64,000 nucleotides of DNA from an uncultured Pelagibacteraceae bacterium. Its GTDB lineage: Bacteria > Pseudomonadota > Alphaproteobacteria > Pelagibacterales > Pelagibacteraceae. A model generated the notes under the pieces. It searched no databases. It was not told where the DNA came from and saw only the letters and a program-made list of their open reading frames with translations. Every line of letters starts with the position of its first letter. Position 1 is the stretch's first letter. The translations under genes and the position numbers were made by a program. The stretch covers positions 6,032 to 70,031 of the forward strand of contig CACDKW010000001.1 in NCBI GenBank assembly GCA_902553465.1, given 5' to 3'. This document shows, piece after piece, positions 26,616 to 37,170 of this stretch.

Positions 26616-29600
26616 ATGTTCATTACCGAATTAAGCATTAAAAGACCTGTTGTTTCATGGGTAATGTCTTTAATTTTAATTGTATTTGGACTTTTTGTTT
26701 TTTGGAAATTACCAGTAAGAGAGCTGCCATCTGGTCTTCAGCCCCCAGTAGTTCAGGTGCAAGTTGATTATGCTTCTGCTTCTGCTCCTATAATTGATCA
26801 AGAGGTAACGCAAGTTTTAGAAGATGTGATTGGTGGTGCAGAAGGAATTAAAAATATTGATTCTAAATCTTCAAATGGAAGAAGTACAATAAAAATTGAA
26901 TTCGACACAAGTATCGATTTGGATAATGCAGCTAACGATATAAGAGAAAGAGTTGCAAGAGTTGTTGACAACTTGCCCTCGGAGTCAGACCCGCCACAAA
27001 TACTTAAACAAGCAGCAGGATTCACTACCACAATGTGGTTATCACTTTCATCTTCTACTTGGAGTGATTTAGAGCTTGGTGATTATGCTGAAAGATACTT
27101 AGTTGATACTTTTTCAAGTGTAAAAAACGTAGGTAGAATTTTAGTTGGTGGACTTAGAGAATTAAGTATTAGGGTATGGGTGGATCCAATTAAATTAGCA
27201 GCTAATGATTTAACTGTTCAGGAAGTTGAAAGAGCTTTAAGAGGAGAAAACATTAGATTGCCCGCAGGAACTCTTGAAGCAAATAATATAGATTTAACTT
27301 TAAACTTAGACAAATCCTACAATAGCATAGAAACAATTAAACAACTTCCAGTTAAAAAAACTAATAAAAAAGTTGTGGTTTTATCAGATGTTGCAAATAT
27401 AGAGTTTGGTCCAGTTTCTGAAAAAACTTTATTTAAAGCCCAAAGAAAAGATCAATTAAATTTGAAGACAGTTGGAATTGGAATTTATGCGAGAAGTGGG
27501 GCATCAACTGTAGAACTTTCAAAGGAAATTAAAAAAAAAATTGCTGAAGTTAATAAAACTTTACCTGAGGGACTAGGACTAGAAGTAGCATTTAATAGAG
27601 CTACTTATATTGGAGCAGCAATTAATGAAGTTTACAAAACTCTTATAATTGCTTTTGTTTTAGTTGTAATCATTATTTATTTGTTTTTAGGAAATTTAAA
27701 AGCTGTAATTGTTCCAGCAATAGCTTTGCCGGTTAGTTTAATAGCTTCATTTCTTGGAATTTACATATTTGGCTTATCAATAAATATTTTTGTCCTTTTA
27801 AGTTTTATATTGGCGATTGGTATAATTACTGACGACTCTGTGATTATGACAGATGCTATTTACAGAAGAATAGAAAATGGAGAAAATCCCCTGGTTGCAG
27901 CTTATAAAGGATCTAAACAAATTACATTTGCAATTATTGCAACTACACTAATTCTTATTGCTGTATTTTTGCCGCTAATATTTATTGAAGGTATATCCGG
28001 GACTCTTTTCAGAGAAACCGCTATAGCATTATCATTCTCTATTGTCGTCTCGTCTTTTGTTGCTTTAACTTTATCTCCAATGCTCGCAAGTAAATTTCTA
28101 AATAAAAAAAGTAATAAAAATTTTATAATACGAAAATTTGAAAAATTTTTCTTAGGTTTTTCAAAATTTTATCAAGAAACATTGGAAGTCTTGGTTAAAA
28201 AGACAAAAACTATTTCAGTTTTTATTATATTTATAATTATAGCTTCTGTTTTGCTTTTTAATTTTTCAAAAAAAGAGCTATTGCCTATGGAAGATAGAGG
28301 GGCTTATCTGGTCATTGGTTTTACTGATGAAGGAAGTTCTTTTGAGTACACACAAGAAAAAGCGCAAGTTATTGAAAAAAGACTCATTCCATTATTGCAA
28401 GCTGAAAATAGTCCTTATTCACGCTTTATTATGAGAGTGCCTGGCTTTGGAAGTTCTGCTACTTCATATAACAGTTTTATAATTATTGCTTTGCTAGATC
28501 ATTGGAAAAATAGAAAACAAGATTCTCAAACAGTCATGAGGCAAGCTATTGGTAAAATTGTAACAGTTCCTCAGGCTGTAGCTTTCCCAATATCTCCTCA
28601 ATCAATAAGAGTTTCAAGTTATAATAAACCAGTTCAAATGGTTATTTATGGAAGTACTTATGAAGAATTAGAAATTATTCAAAAACAAGTAATTAGAAAA
28701 CTAAGAAAAAATCGAAATTTATCAAGATTAGAATCTGATTATTCTAGAAATAAACCAGAAGTAAAACTAATTATAAATAAAAATAAAGCTAAAGATTTAG
28801 GTGTTTCGACTGAAAATATTGGAAAAAGTTTAGAAACTCTTTATGGAGGAAAAAGAGTAACTACATTTAACAAATTAGGTAAAGAATATCCTATAATTTT
28901 ACAACAGTACTTATCAGATAGAAGAAATAAAGATGGAATATCAAAAATTTTTGTAAGGTCCGATACTTCTGGAAAACTTATATCTTTGGTTAATCTTGTG
29001 GATTTTAAAGAAGAAGGATCTGCTAAAGAACTAGCAAGATATAACAGGCAAAGAGCAGTTACTATTTCAGCTAATATTTCGGATAATTATACTCTTTCAG
29101 AGGCAATTAAATATTTAGAAAATGTAATGATTCAAGTTTCTCCTAAAAGTCAAATTACCTGGAAAGGTAAGTCAGAAGAAATTAAAGAAACAAGTAATGA
29201 ACTTTTCATCATTTTTGCTTTAGCATTATTGACAGCATATCTGGTTATGGCTGCAACATTTAACTCATTTATCCATCCATTTATAATTATTCTCACTGTT
29301 CCTCTAGCAATTTTTGGAGGTTTAGTTTTTATTTTATTTTTAAACAGTTCAATAAATATTTTCTCCCAAATTGCACTTGTTATACTTATTGGTATATCTA
29401 CTAAGAATAGTATTTTAATTGTTGATTATGCTAATCAAATTAGAACAACAGGGAAAAATATTGAAACAGCAGTTAAAGAAGCTTGCAGTATAAGGTTCAG
29501 ACCAATTATCATGACCTCTCTAAGTACTATGATTGCTATGATGCCTTTAGTAATTGGAAATATTGGGCCAGGAGCTGGTGAAGGTTCTAGACTAGCAGTT

Positions 29601-29738
29601 GGTGCTACAATTTTAGGAGGAATGATAATTTCTACATTCTTTACACTTTATGTAACTCCAACAATGTATTTATCGTTAGCAAAGAATACCAAAAGAATAG
29701 ACGCTGTAGATATAGAGTTAAAAAAAGAACTTCGTTAA
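26616..29738 (+). CDS. RND efflux permease (AcrB/MexW-like)
   Basis: 1040 aa; SIKRPV, proton-relay TDDSVI, KNSILI, RFRPIIMT. Confidence 0.94.
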   Translation: MFITELSIKRPVVSWVMSLILIVFGLFVFWKLPVRELPSGLQPPVVQVQVDYASASAPIIDQEVTQVLEDVIGGAEGIKNIDSKSSNGRSTIKIEFDTSIDLDNAANDIRERVARVVDNLPSESDPPQILKQAAGFTTTMWLSLSSSTWSDLELGDYAERYLVDTFSSVKNVGRILVGGLRELSIRVWVDPIKLAANDLTVQEVERALRGENIRLPAGTLEANNIDLTLNLDKSYNSIETIKQLPVKKTNKKVVVLSDVANIEFGPVSEKTLFKAQRKDQLNLKTVGIGIYARSGASTVELSKEIKKKIAEVNKTLPEGLGLEVAFNRATYIGAAINEVYKTLIIAFVLVVIIIYLFLGNLKAVIVPAIALPVSLIASFLGIYIFGLSINIFVLLSFILAIGIITDDSVIMTDAIYRRIENGENPLVAAYKGSKQITFAIIATTLILIAVFLPLIFIEGISGTLFRETAIALSFSIVVSSFVALTLSPMLASKFLNKKSNKNFIIRKFEKFFLGFSKFYQETLEVLVKKTKTISVFIIFIIIASVLLFNFSKKELLPMEDRGAYLVIGFTDEGSSFEYTQEKAQVIEKRLIPLLQAENSPYSRFIMRVPGFGSSATSYNSFIIIALLDHWKNRKQDSQTVMRQAIGKIVTVPQAVAFPISPQSIRVSSYNKPVQMVIYGSTYEELEIIQKQVIRKLRKNRNLSRLESDYSRNKPEVKLIINKNKAKDLGVSTENIGKSLETLYGGKRVTTFNKLGKEYPIILQQYLSDRRNKDGISKIFVRSDTSGKLISLVNLVDFKEEGSAKELARYNRQRAVTISANISDNYTLSEAIKYLENVMIQVSPKSQITWKGKSEEIKETSNELFIIFALALLTAYLVMAATFNSFIHPFIIILTVPLAIFGGLVFILFLNSSINIFSQIALVILIGISTKNSILIVDYANQIRTTGKNIETAVKEACSIRFRPIIMTSLSTMIAMMPLVIGNIGPGAGEGSRLAVGATILGGMIISTFFTLYVTPTMYLSLAKNTKRIDAVDIELKKELR

Positions 29739-30322
29739 AAAATAATATATTTATTTGTACTTAATACATTTTTGCATTTAGCAAGTTGATTTTTATATTT
29801 TGAAGATTGTTTCTCTACTTTTTTTGCTATTAATAAAATTTTATTATTACTTTTATAATTTTTATAATTTCCCCATCCTTCATGATAAGCAATATATTGT
29901 CTAAAAACATCTTTCTTAGATATTTTTAATATCTTTGAACTTTTATTTGTATACCAACCAATAAAGTCAACGCTATCTTTAAATCTTGCTCTAGTAGCAT
30001 AAGGTTTATTATTTTCTTTTTTGTATTGTTCCCAAGTGCCCTTAACTGCTTGAGAATATCCAAAAGAACTCGAAGGTCTCTTATATGGAATTACTTTAAA
30101 AATTTTTTGACGTGGAGGTTTTGCTAACCAATCAAAATCAGACTCCATTTTAATAAAAGCTAGTTGTAAATGAACTGGAGTCCCCCATTTCTTCTCGGTT
30201 TTTTTAACGTGCTTATACCAAAAATATCTTTCAGAAAATATAGAACAACCGTCTGCTGTATTTTTTGGTATAGATGAGCAAGCAGAAATTAAAAAAAATA
30301 CAAGTAATAATAATTTTTTCAT
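29735..30322 (-). CDS. lipoprotein with SLT-like lytic transglycosylase domain
   Basis: Lipobox ISAC; MES catalytic Glu; SS.FGY.QA...TW; AYHEG. Confidence 0.8.
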   Translation of the reverse strand: MKKLLLLVFFLISACSSIPKNTADGCSIFSERYFWYKHVKKTEKKWGTPVHLQLAFIKMESDFDWLAKPPRQKIFKVIPYKRPSSSFGYSQAVKGTWEQYKKENNKPYATRARFKDSVDFIGWYTNKSSKILKISKKDVFRQYIAYHEGWGNYKNYKSNNKILLIAKKVEKQSSKYKNQLAKCKNVLSTNKYIIF

Positions 30323-30840
30323 TTGTTTTTTCTAATTTTTTCTCTCCATATCCACGGATACTCAAACTTCATATTCCAAAAACCTAACTTGTTCATCTTT
30401 GCATATTCTTCATCGATAGCAAATTTTCCTTCTGAATAGTATGGCCAATCAAAAGCGTAACCGTTTCTCACCATAAAAACAGATAAACTTTCATTTTTTA
30501 TAAAGCACTCACCTATTGATCTTTTGTATTTGTCTTTATTTTTTTCAATTTTACAATTTAGATAACTATTTCCAATTTTTTCTATCAACTTATTCTTGGA
30601 GATTTGTCCACAAAAAACTTTTTTATTATTTTCAATACAAGTTTGTTTTTTACCTTTATAATAACTTTCTGGAGCATCGATCCCTCCAAAACGAATTTTT
30701 TCACCTTTTATTTTTACAGTATCTCCATCCACTACAATAGCTTTTCCTTCAATGATATTTTTCTCGTCGCAATAAGAAAATGAAATAGAAAATAAGAATA
30801 TAATTATAAGCCTACTGAAAGTCAGACTTAGCTTTTTCAT
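30319..30840 (-). CDS. thermonuclease (SNase) family protein; start approximate
   Basis: VVDGDT, IRFGGIDAPE, DKYKR, MVRNGYA; hydrophobic N-terminus. Confidence 0.85.
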   Translation of the reverse strand: MKKLSLTFSRLIIIFLFSISFSYCDEKNIIEGKAIVVDGDTVKIKGEKIRFGGIDAPESYYKGKKQTCIENNKKVFCGQISKNKLIEKIGNSYLNCKIEKNKDKYKRSIGECFIKNESLSVFMVRNGYAFDWPYYSEGKFAIDEEYAKMNKLGFWNMKFEYPWIWREKIRKNK

Positions 30841-31120
30841 TAAGCTCATCCATTTTTTTTCTGATGTCATCCTCTGAAATATTGTGATCCTTTAAATCTT
30901 CCTTCAATTTTCTAAAAACATCTTCGTCACCAGCTTCAGCAAAATCTGCTTTGATAACAGATTGAATATATTCTTTTGTTTTTTCATCATTATAGCCAAG
31001 AATTTTGGATACCCACTCCCCTATATATTTATTCCTTCTAGCGCTTACTTTAAATTGAAGCTCTTGATCGTGTGCAAATTTTTTCTCAAAACCTTTTTGT
31101 CTCTCATCAAATGAACTCAT
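30812..31120 (-). CDS. F1Fo ATPase inhibitor zeta subunit (DUF1476)
   Basis: MSSFDERQKGFEKKFAHDQEL.FK..ARRNK..G.W; ADF.EAGDEDV; SD GGAG. Confidence 0.88.
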   Translation of the reverse strand: MSSFDERQKGFEKKFAHDQELQFKVSARRNKYIGEWVSKILGYNDEKTKEYIQSVIKADFAEAGDEDVFRKLKEDLKDHNISEDDIRKKMDELNEKAKSDFQ

Positions 31121-31482
31121 TTTTTTCTCCAAAAATTAAATAAAATTAATATAAAAATAGATAATAAAACTCCAATAATATTACCAAATAAGTCAGAAAA
31201 TTGAAATGATCTGTTTGGTATAATTAAATGTAATAATTCAAGAATTATAGAAATTGAAATTAAATATAAAATAATTATTTTGAAAGTCTTTAAATAACTT
31301 ATTAAACCCAGAAAAGATAATAATAGAAAAGCATACACATGGTTTGAAGAAACCATAAAATCTGGCGATATTTGTGGTTGTTTTAAAATATCTTTATAAA
31401 TTAAAAAACCCAACAAACTTCCTGGATAAATATATAATATTATAAATATAATGTTTAAAATATGAAATATTATTTTTGTCAT
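31117..31482 (-). CDS. VanZ-like membrane protein
   Basis: H..AF, LE..H..IP.RSF...D..GN..G. Confidence 0.75.
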   Translation of the reverse strand: MTKIIFHILNIIFIILYIYPGSLLGFLIYKDILKQPQISPDFMVSSNHVYAFLLLSFLGLISYLKTFKIIILYLISISIILELLHLIIPNRSFQFSDLFGNIIGVLLSIFILILFNFWRKK

Positions 31483-31514
31483 TTGTTAATTTATCTTATA
31501 TTTAAATTTAAACT

Positions 31515-32228
31515 ATGAGTCATTTAATTTTAGTTAGACATGGTCAAAGTGAATGGAATATGCAAAAAAAATTCACTGGATGGGTAGATGTTGAACTGAC
31601 ACCAAATGGAAAATTAGAAGCATGTAAAGCTGGTGAACTTATTAAAGAACTTAATTTAAATTTTGACTATTTTTTCTGTTCTTATCAAAAAAGAGCGATT
31701 GAAACTATGAATTTAATCTTAAACACTTTAAGAATTAAGAATGATAAAGTTATTAGAGCCTGGGAACTTAATGAAAGACATTATGGTGCATTAACCGGAC
31801 TTAATAAAGATGAAATGAAAAAAACTATAGGAGAAGAAAAAGTTCAAGAATTCAGAAGATCTTGGGATGTTAGGCCAGAACCTTTAAATAAAAATAACCC
31901 TTACCATCCTATTAATATTGAAGCTTATAAAAATATACCAAAAGATAAAATTCCAGATACCGAGTCTTTAAAAGACACCTTTCAGAGAGTAATTCCATAT
32001 TTTGAAAAAAATATTTTAGATAAATTAAATAAAAATATAATTATCGCTGCCCATGGAAATTCTGTTCGAGCATTATGTAAATATTTATTTAATATAGATA
32101 ATAAAAAAATTTCAAAATTAGAAATTCCAACTGGAAATCCATTATTAATTAAATTTGATAATAAAAAAAAAATAGAAAAGTCTTTATATTTAGATCAAAA
32201 AAGATCAGGCGATTTAATTATATTTTAA
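31515..32228 (+). CDS. gpmA: 2,3-bisphosphoglycerate-dependent phosphoglycerate mutase
   Basis: RHGQSEWN..FTGW, LNERHYGAL, AHGNS. Confidence 0.95.
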   Translation: MSHLILVRHGQSEWNMQKKFTGWVDVELTPNGKLEACKAGELIKELNLNFDYFFCSYQKRAIETMNLILNTLRIKNDKVIRAWELNERHYGALTGLNKDEMKKTIGEEKVQEFRRSWDVRPEPLNKNNPYHPINIEAYKNIPKDKIPDTESLKDTFQRVIPYFEKNILDKLNKNIIIAAHGNSVRALCKYLFNIDNKKISKLEIPTGNPLLIKFDNKKKIEKSLYLDQKRSGDLIIF

Positions 32229-32907
32229 CTAGTTTGTTATATATTTCTAAATCGGTCAGATGAATAAAATCTTCTTTGCTTTCAAAACCAAACAAAATTT
32301 TATTTTCTATTGCTTGATCCCAAATTTTTGTAACTGAAAAAGGTGTTACTTTTTTATTTTTAAATAAGCTTTTATTAATAATTTGCAGACCAGTGTATAT
32401 AAAAATATTTTCTTTATTTTTTTGTAACTTTTTATTTTTTAATGAAAAATCACCTTTCATTCTTTTATCAAAACTTTTTTCTTTATTAACAATCATTAAT
32501 AAATTTTTTATTTCTTTTTCAAAATAAAAATCCATCATTTTCATTGTTGTTTTTAAATAATTATCTCCCCACAAAGTATCTGGATTTAGAATAAGAAAAT
32601 CATTTTCGTCTGATTTATTGATTAAATTTAAAATACCTCCACCTGTATCTAGAATTTCGTTACCATCATTTATAATTTCTATTTTTAAATTTGATTTATA
32701 GTTTAAAATAAAATCCTGAATTTGATTATGTAAAAAATAAGTATTAATTTTGATTTTTTTTATTTCTAACTTTTCTAAAAAATTTATTGAATTTTCTAAC
32801 AAAGTTATTTCGTTAATTCTAATTAAAGGTTTTGGAATTTTTAAGGTAATTGGGTTTAAACGTTTTCCATATCCGGCACACAGAATAAATGCAGTATTAA
32901 TTTTCAT
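32218..32907 (-). CDS. murU: nucleotidyltransferase (MurNAc-1-P uridylyltransferase-like)
   Basis: LCAGYGKRL.P.T..IPKPL, LDTGGG; directly downstream of amgK. Confidence 0.78.
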   Translation of the reverse strand: MKINTAFILCAGYGKRLNPITLKIPKPLIRINEITLLENSINFLEKLEIKKIKINTYFLHNQIQDFILNYKSNLKIEIINDGNEILDTGGGILNLINKSDENDFLILNPDTLWGDNYLKTTMKMMDFYFEKEIKNLLMIVNKEKSFDKRMKGDFSLKNKKLQKNKENIFIYTGLQIINKSLFKNKKVTPFSVTKIWDQAIENKILFGFESKEDFIHLTDLEIYNKLVKI

Positions 32908-33847
32908 ATTTATTTCTTATCTTTTTTGAAAAATATTTATCTAAAATAATCTTTAGTTCTATAAATTTTTTATTATTTTCTATTCTTTGTTCAATTAGTT
33001 TCCAGGCATAAGGAATTAATTTTAGATAATTATGTTTTTTATCTCTAATTGATAATCTTGTAAAAATTCCTATTATTTTTAAATTTCTTAAAACTGATAA
33101 AATTTCAAAATCGTTTTTAAACTCAGCTACATTTATTTTTTCATTTGATTTAATATATTCTTCAAAAATATTATTTTTAAAGTTCATATTAGTTTTCAAT
33201 CTTACATCATCAATTAATGAAGCAAGATCATATGCTATATTTCCAAAAACAGCATCTTGGCAATCTATAACACACAATTTTTTATTCTTAATCATCAAAT
33301 TAGAAACATGAAAATCCCTATGAACAAATGTTTTATTTCTAAATTTAATTTTATTAATTAATTTCCTGAAAACTAATATTAACTTTTTTTTTAATAAAGT
33401 TTGATTTTTTTTTGCTATTTTTTTTGGAGCATACCAATCTAAAAATAATTTGGCTTCCTCAAAAAGAATTTTTTTAGAATATTTTGGCACTTTATAATTT
33501 GAGCCTAAAAATGTTTTTATTTTTTTTGTCTTAATTTTTTGAACCAAATTTAATAATTTAATAATTTTTTTAAAATAAATTAATTTATTTTTTTTATTTT
33601 TTTTTAATTTTCTATAAATGGTTATATTACCAAAATCTTCTATTTGAATATATTTCGACTTATAATTTTGGCTTATTAATTTTGGTGCATTTATTTTATT
33701 TTTAATTAAGATTTTATTAATAGCATCGTAAATTAAGAGATTTTTTTTAGTATCTTTTTTACAAAATACGATAATAACATTTTTATACCTATAAAATTTT
33801 CTAAAAGAAGCGTCTCCAGATAAGGGTTTGAGTTTATTTAAATTCAT
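32897..33847 (-). CDS. amgK: anomeric MurNAc/GlcNAc kinase-like phosphotransferase
   Basis: GDASFRKFYR, HRDFH..NLM, IDCQDA..G...YDL.SL..D, R.LK..GIF.RL. Confidence 0.82.
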   Translation of the reverse strand: MNLNKLKPLSGDASFRKFYRYKNVIIVFCKKDTKKNLLIYDAINKILIKNKINAPKLISQNYKSKYIQIEDFGNITIYRKLKKNKKNKLIYFKKIIKLLNLVQKIKTKKIKTFLGSNYKVPKYSKKILFEEAKLFLDWYAPKKIAKKNQTLLKKKLILVFRKLINKIKFRNKTFVHRDFHVSNLMIKNKKLCVIDCQDAVFGNIAYDLASLIDDVRLKTNMNFKNNIFEEYIKSNEKINVAEFKNDFEILSVLRNLKIIGIFTRLSIRDKKHNYLKLIPYAWKLIEQRIENNKKFIELKIILDKYFSKKIRNKYEN

Positions 33848-34313
33848 TAATTATTTCTTTTCTATGATCTGAAAATATTTCTAAATTTCTTTTTTTAAAA
33901 TCATCTTCATAATTAAAATATAGTTCAATTATCTTTTTTGGTTTTTTAGAAATTATTTCTGGCCATTCAACTAAAGTGACTAACTCCGAATTGTCTTCAA
34001 ATATTCCAATGTTGTATAGTTCTTTTGAATTTTTAATTTTAAATAAATCGTAGTGATTTATAATAATTTCATTAATTTTATATTCATTTACAATATTAAA
34101 TGTTGGACTTGGAACTTCTGTTGATTTGAGCCCACTTTCACTTTGTAAATTGTTAATTAAATGTTTAATAAATGTTGTTTTACCTACACCTATTTCTCCA
34201 TAAAAAAAAATAATATCTCCTTTTTTAATTAACTTTGAAAATTTTTTAGAAATAAGTTTTGTTTTATCTTCTAAACTAATATCAATCTTGCTACTTTTAG
34301 TAGCGATAGGCAT
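33834..34313 (-). CDS. tsaE: tRNA t6A biosynthesis ATPase; start approximate
   Basis: [23 protein letters not shown]. Confidence 0.9.
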   Translation of the reverse strand: MPIATKSSKIDISLEDKTKLISKKFSKLIKKGDIIFFYGEIGVGKTTFIKHLINNLQSESGLKSTEVPSPTFNIVNEYKINEIIINHYDLFKIKNSKELYNIGIFEDNSELVTLVEWPEIISKKPKKIIELYFNYEDDFKKRNLEIFSDHRKEIINEFK

Positions 34314-35583
34314 CTGGTTTGTAAGGTCCATCAGGTGTTACACTAATATAGTCTGCCTGATCTTTAGACATTTTTGTGAGTTTTGCACCTACTTTTTCCA
34401 AGTGTAATCTGGCTACTTTTTCATCAAGATGTTTTGGCAAAACGTAAACTTTGTTTTCATACTTGTCTGAATTATTCCATAATTCTATCTGAGCAGTTAC
34501 CTGATTGGTAAATGAAGCGCTCATTACGAAGCTTGGATGTCCAGTGGCACAACCTAGGTTAACTAATCTCCCTTCAGCAAGTAATATTATTCTTTTTTTG
34601 CTTGGTAATGTAATTTCATGAACTTGTGGCTTGATTTCATCCCATTTATAATTTTTCAATGCTTCAACTTGAATTTCATTATCGAAGTGTCCAATATTGC
34701 AAAGTATTGCTCTATCTTTCATTTCTCTCATATGATCAGCCGTCACTATGTCTTTGTTTCCTGTTGCTGTGACAACTATATCTGCCTCTTTGATCATTTC
34801 GTCCATCAGTACAACTTCGTAACCTTCCATTGCGGCTTGCAGAGCACATATCGGATCTGTTTCAGTAACCATTACCCTTGCTCCACTTTGTCTTAATGAA
34901 GCAGCGCTTCCTTTTCCAACATCACCAAACCCTGCAACGATTGCAACTTTGCCTGACATCATTACATCTGTCGCTCTTTTTATTCCATCAACTAAACTTT
35001 CTCTACAACCATATAAATTGTCAAATTTAGACTTTGTAACTGAATCATTCACGTTAATTGCTGGAACTAATAATGTTCCCTGTGCTTCCATCTTTTTAAG
35101 TGCTAGTACTCCAGTCGTTGTTTCTTCGGATAATCCTTTTATATCTTTTAATAAATCTTTATAATCTTTATGCATAAGTGCAGTTAAGTCACCACCGTCA
35201 TCAAGGATCATATTTGGCTTCCAATCCTTCTTTCCCTCAATTGTTTGTTTAACACACCACCAATATTCATCTTCTGTCTCACCTTTCCACGCAAACACTG
35301 GTATTCCTGCTTTTGCAATAGCTGCTGCTGCATGGTCCTGGGTTGAAAAAATATTGCATGAAGACCATCTTACTTCTGCTCCTAAATCTACTAGAGTTTC
35401 GATTAGAACTGCAGTTTGAATCGTCATATGAAGACATCCTAAAATTCTTGCACCTTTTAGCGGACTTTTTCCTTTATACTCTTTTCTTAATGCCATCAAT
35501 CCAGGCATCTCTGTCTCTGCTAAGGAGATCTCTTTTCTTCCAAATTCTGCTTGGGATATATCTTTAACTTTATAATCACTCAT
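34297..35583 (-). CDS. ahcY: adenosylhomocysteinase
   Basis: [48 protein letters not shown]. Confidence 0.97.
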   Translation of the reverse strand: MSDYKVKDISQAEFGRKEISLAETEMPGLMALRKEYKGKSPLKGARILGCLHMTIQTAVLIETLVDLGAEVRWSSCNIFSTQDHAAAAIAKAGIPVFAWKGETEDEYWWCVKQTIEGKKDWKPNMILDDGGDLTALMHKDYKDLLKDIKGLSEETTTGVLALKKMEAQGTLLVPAINVNDSVTKSKFDNLYGCRESLVDGIKRATDVMMSGKVAIVAGFGDVGKGSAASLRQSGARVMVTETDPICALQAAMEGYEVVLMDEMIKEADIVVTATGNKDIVTADHMREMKDRAILCNIGHFDNEIQVEALKNYKWDEIKPQVHEITLPSKKRIILLAEGRLVNLGCATGHPSFVMSASFTNQVTAQIELWNNSDKYENKVYVLPKHLDEKVARLHLEKVGAKLTKMSKDQADYISVTPDGPYKPDAYRY

Positions 35584-35631
35584 GAAGAACGCCTTTTAAC
35601 AACTTTATAAAATTTTATCAACTAATAATGA

Positions 35632-37170
35632 TTAAACTTTTGGAAAAATTATTTCAATTATTGCGCCTTTTTGACCCACATTATTCGAGGCAGAAATTTT
35701 ACCATTATGCAACTCAACAAGGTTTTTAACAATATTTAATCCCAATCCAGAATGTTCTCCAAATTTATTAGGCCTATTACTATAAAATCTTTTAAAAATT
35801 TTATTTGTATCGCTTTCCTTAAAACCCTCTCCTTCATCAACAACTCTTAGAATTACATTTTTTTTCTCATTATCATTTAAAAGTATAACTTTTATTATTT
35901 GATTTTCGTTGCTAAAAGAAATTGAATTATCTAACAAATTTGCAATTATTTGTTCAATTCTATTTTCTATTCCAAGAATATTATAATTAGTTGAACCATT
36001 TGAATTTAATTGAATTTTAATTCCACTTTTTGAATTATGAATATTATTAAAGTCATCAACTACAGATGCTGCTATCAATTTTAAGTCAATTTCTTTCATT
36101 TTTTCATTTGTTATTGCAACTTCATCTTTAAGCATTTGAGAATAATCAGTAATCAATCTTTCAATTCTCTCTACATCATGCAATAGAATATTGACCAATT
36201 TTTCTCTTTGAGATTTATCTGAGGTTTCAGAAATTATTTCAGATGCACTTTTTAAAGAAGCAAGTGGATTTCTAATTTCATGAACTAAATCTGTTGAAAA
36301 ATTCTCTGCAGTATTAATTCTATTATTTAACTCATTTGTCATTTCATCAATGGAATTTGAAAGGATTCCTATTTCATCTCTTCTATTTTTTACAAATTGG
36401 ATATTTGTTTTTTGTTTATTTTTTTCTTTTATTGATTTTGTAAAGTTTACTAGAGTTTTAATTGGTTTTAAAAAATATCTATTTAATACAAGTGAAAAAA
36501 TTAAAATTACAATTGCTACAACTAGTGCAGTTCTAAATACAAATACTTTTCTTTCATTAATTGCATTTCTAATATCGTTCGCTTTTTCACTGATTGCTAA
36601 ATAGCCAATATTATTTTCACCATCGTTAACATTTTTTATCGTAATTAACAAAAATTGATTATAATTTTCTTGAGTAAAAGTATATGGTTTTCCAAAATCT
36701 GTGGATTTTGAATAATCTACTATTATTTCAGAAAGAGGTTTTAATTTATTTTTTTTCTGTATAATAGTTTGTTGTTTTTTTGAAATTTTATCTTCATCTT
36801 GAATATTCATTTCTACAATATCCAATCTTTGACTAAATGATCTGGGGTCTAAATCTAAAGTATCGGTATCTCCAATTAGCTCAAATTTATTATCAAAGAT
36901 CATAACACGATCTAAATTTTGAAATAAAAATCTTGTAGAAAATAAAAATTTTCTTACATCATCTTTGTTAAACTGAATTTTTAATCTTCTTATATGATCA
37001 ATTGTATTATTTATAATATTTATATGATTTGATGTTTTTTTATTAATTAAATTAGGTTGAATTCCTTTCAGATAAATTGCTGTCAAACTTCCAAAAAATA
37101 TAAAGACTATAAGATTTATAAATAAAAATTTTTTAAGAATAGAAATATTTTTTATAAAGCTACTTAGCAT
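35632..37170 (-). CDS. chvG: sensor histidine kinase ChvG/ExoS
   Basis: 2 TM, HAMP, HEIRNPL, NLLDN..SF, DEGEG, SGLGL; TAATG-coupled to chvI. Confidence 0.85.
   Translation of the reverse strand: MLSSFIKNISILKKFLFINLIVFIFFGSLTAIYLKGIQPNLINKKTSNHINIINNTIDHIRRLKIQFNKDDVRKFLFSTRFLFQNLDRVMIFDNKFELIGDTDTLDLDPRSFSQRLDIVEMNIQDEDKISKKQQTIIQKKNKLKPLSEIIVDYSKSTDFGKPYTFTQENYNQFLLITIKNVNDGENNIGYLAISEKANDIRNAINERKVFVFRTALVVAIVILIFSLVLNRYFLKPIKTLVNFTKSIKEKNKQKTNIQFVKNRRDEIGILSNSIDEMTNELNNRINTAENFSTDLVHEIRNPLASLKSASEIISETSDKSQREKLVNILLHDVERIERLITDYSQMLKDEVAITNEKMKEIDLKLIAASVVDDFNNIHNSKSGIKIQLNSNGSTNYNILGIENRIEQIIANLLDNSISFSNENQIIKVILLNDNEKKNVILRVVDEGEGFKESDTNKIFKRFYSNRPNKFGEHSGLGLNIVKNLVELHNGKISASNNVGQKGAIIEIIFPKV

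Noticed and set aside
29735-30870. SLT-like lipoprotein plus thermonuclease as a possible prophage, conjugation or defence module
   Set aside because: No integrase, att repeats, phage or T4SS genes; embedded in a housekeeping run with the zeta subunit
35584-35631. Possible SAH riboswitch upstream of ahcY
   Set aside because: Only 48 nt, AT-rich, no SAH consensus visible
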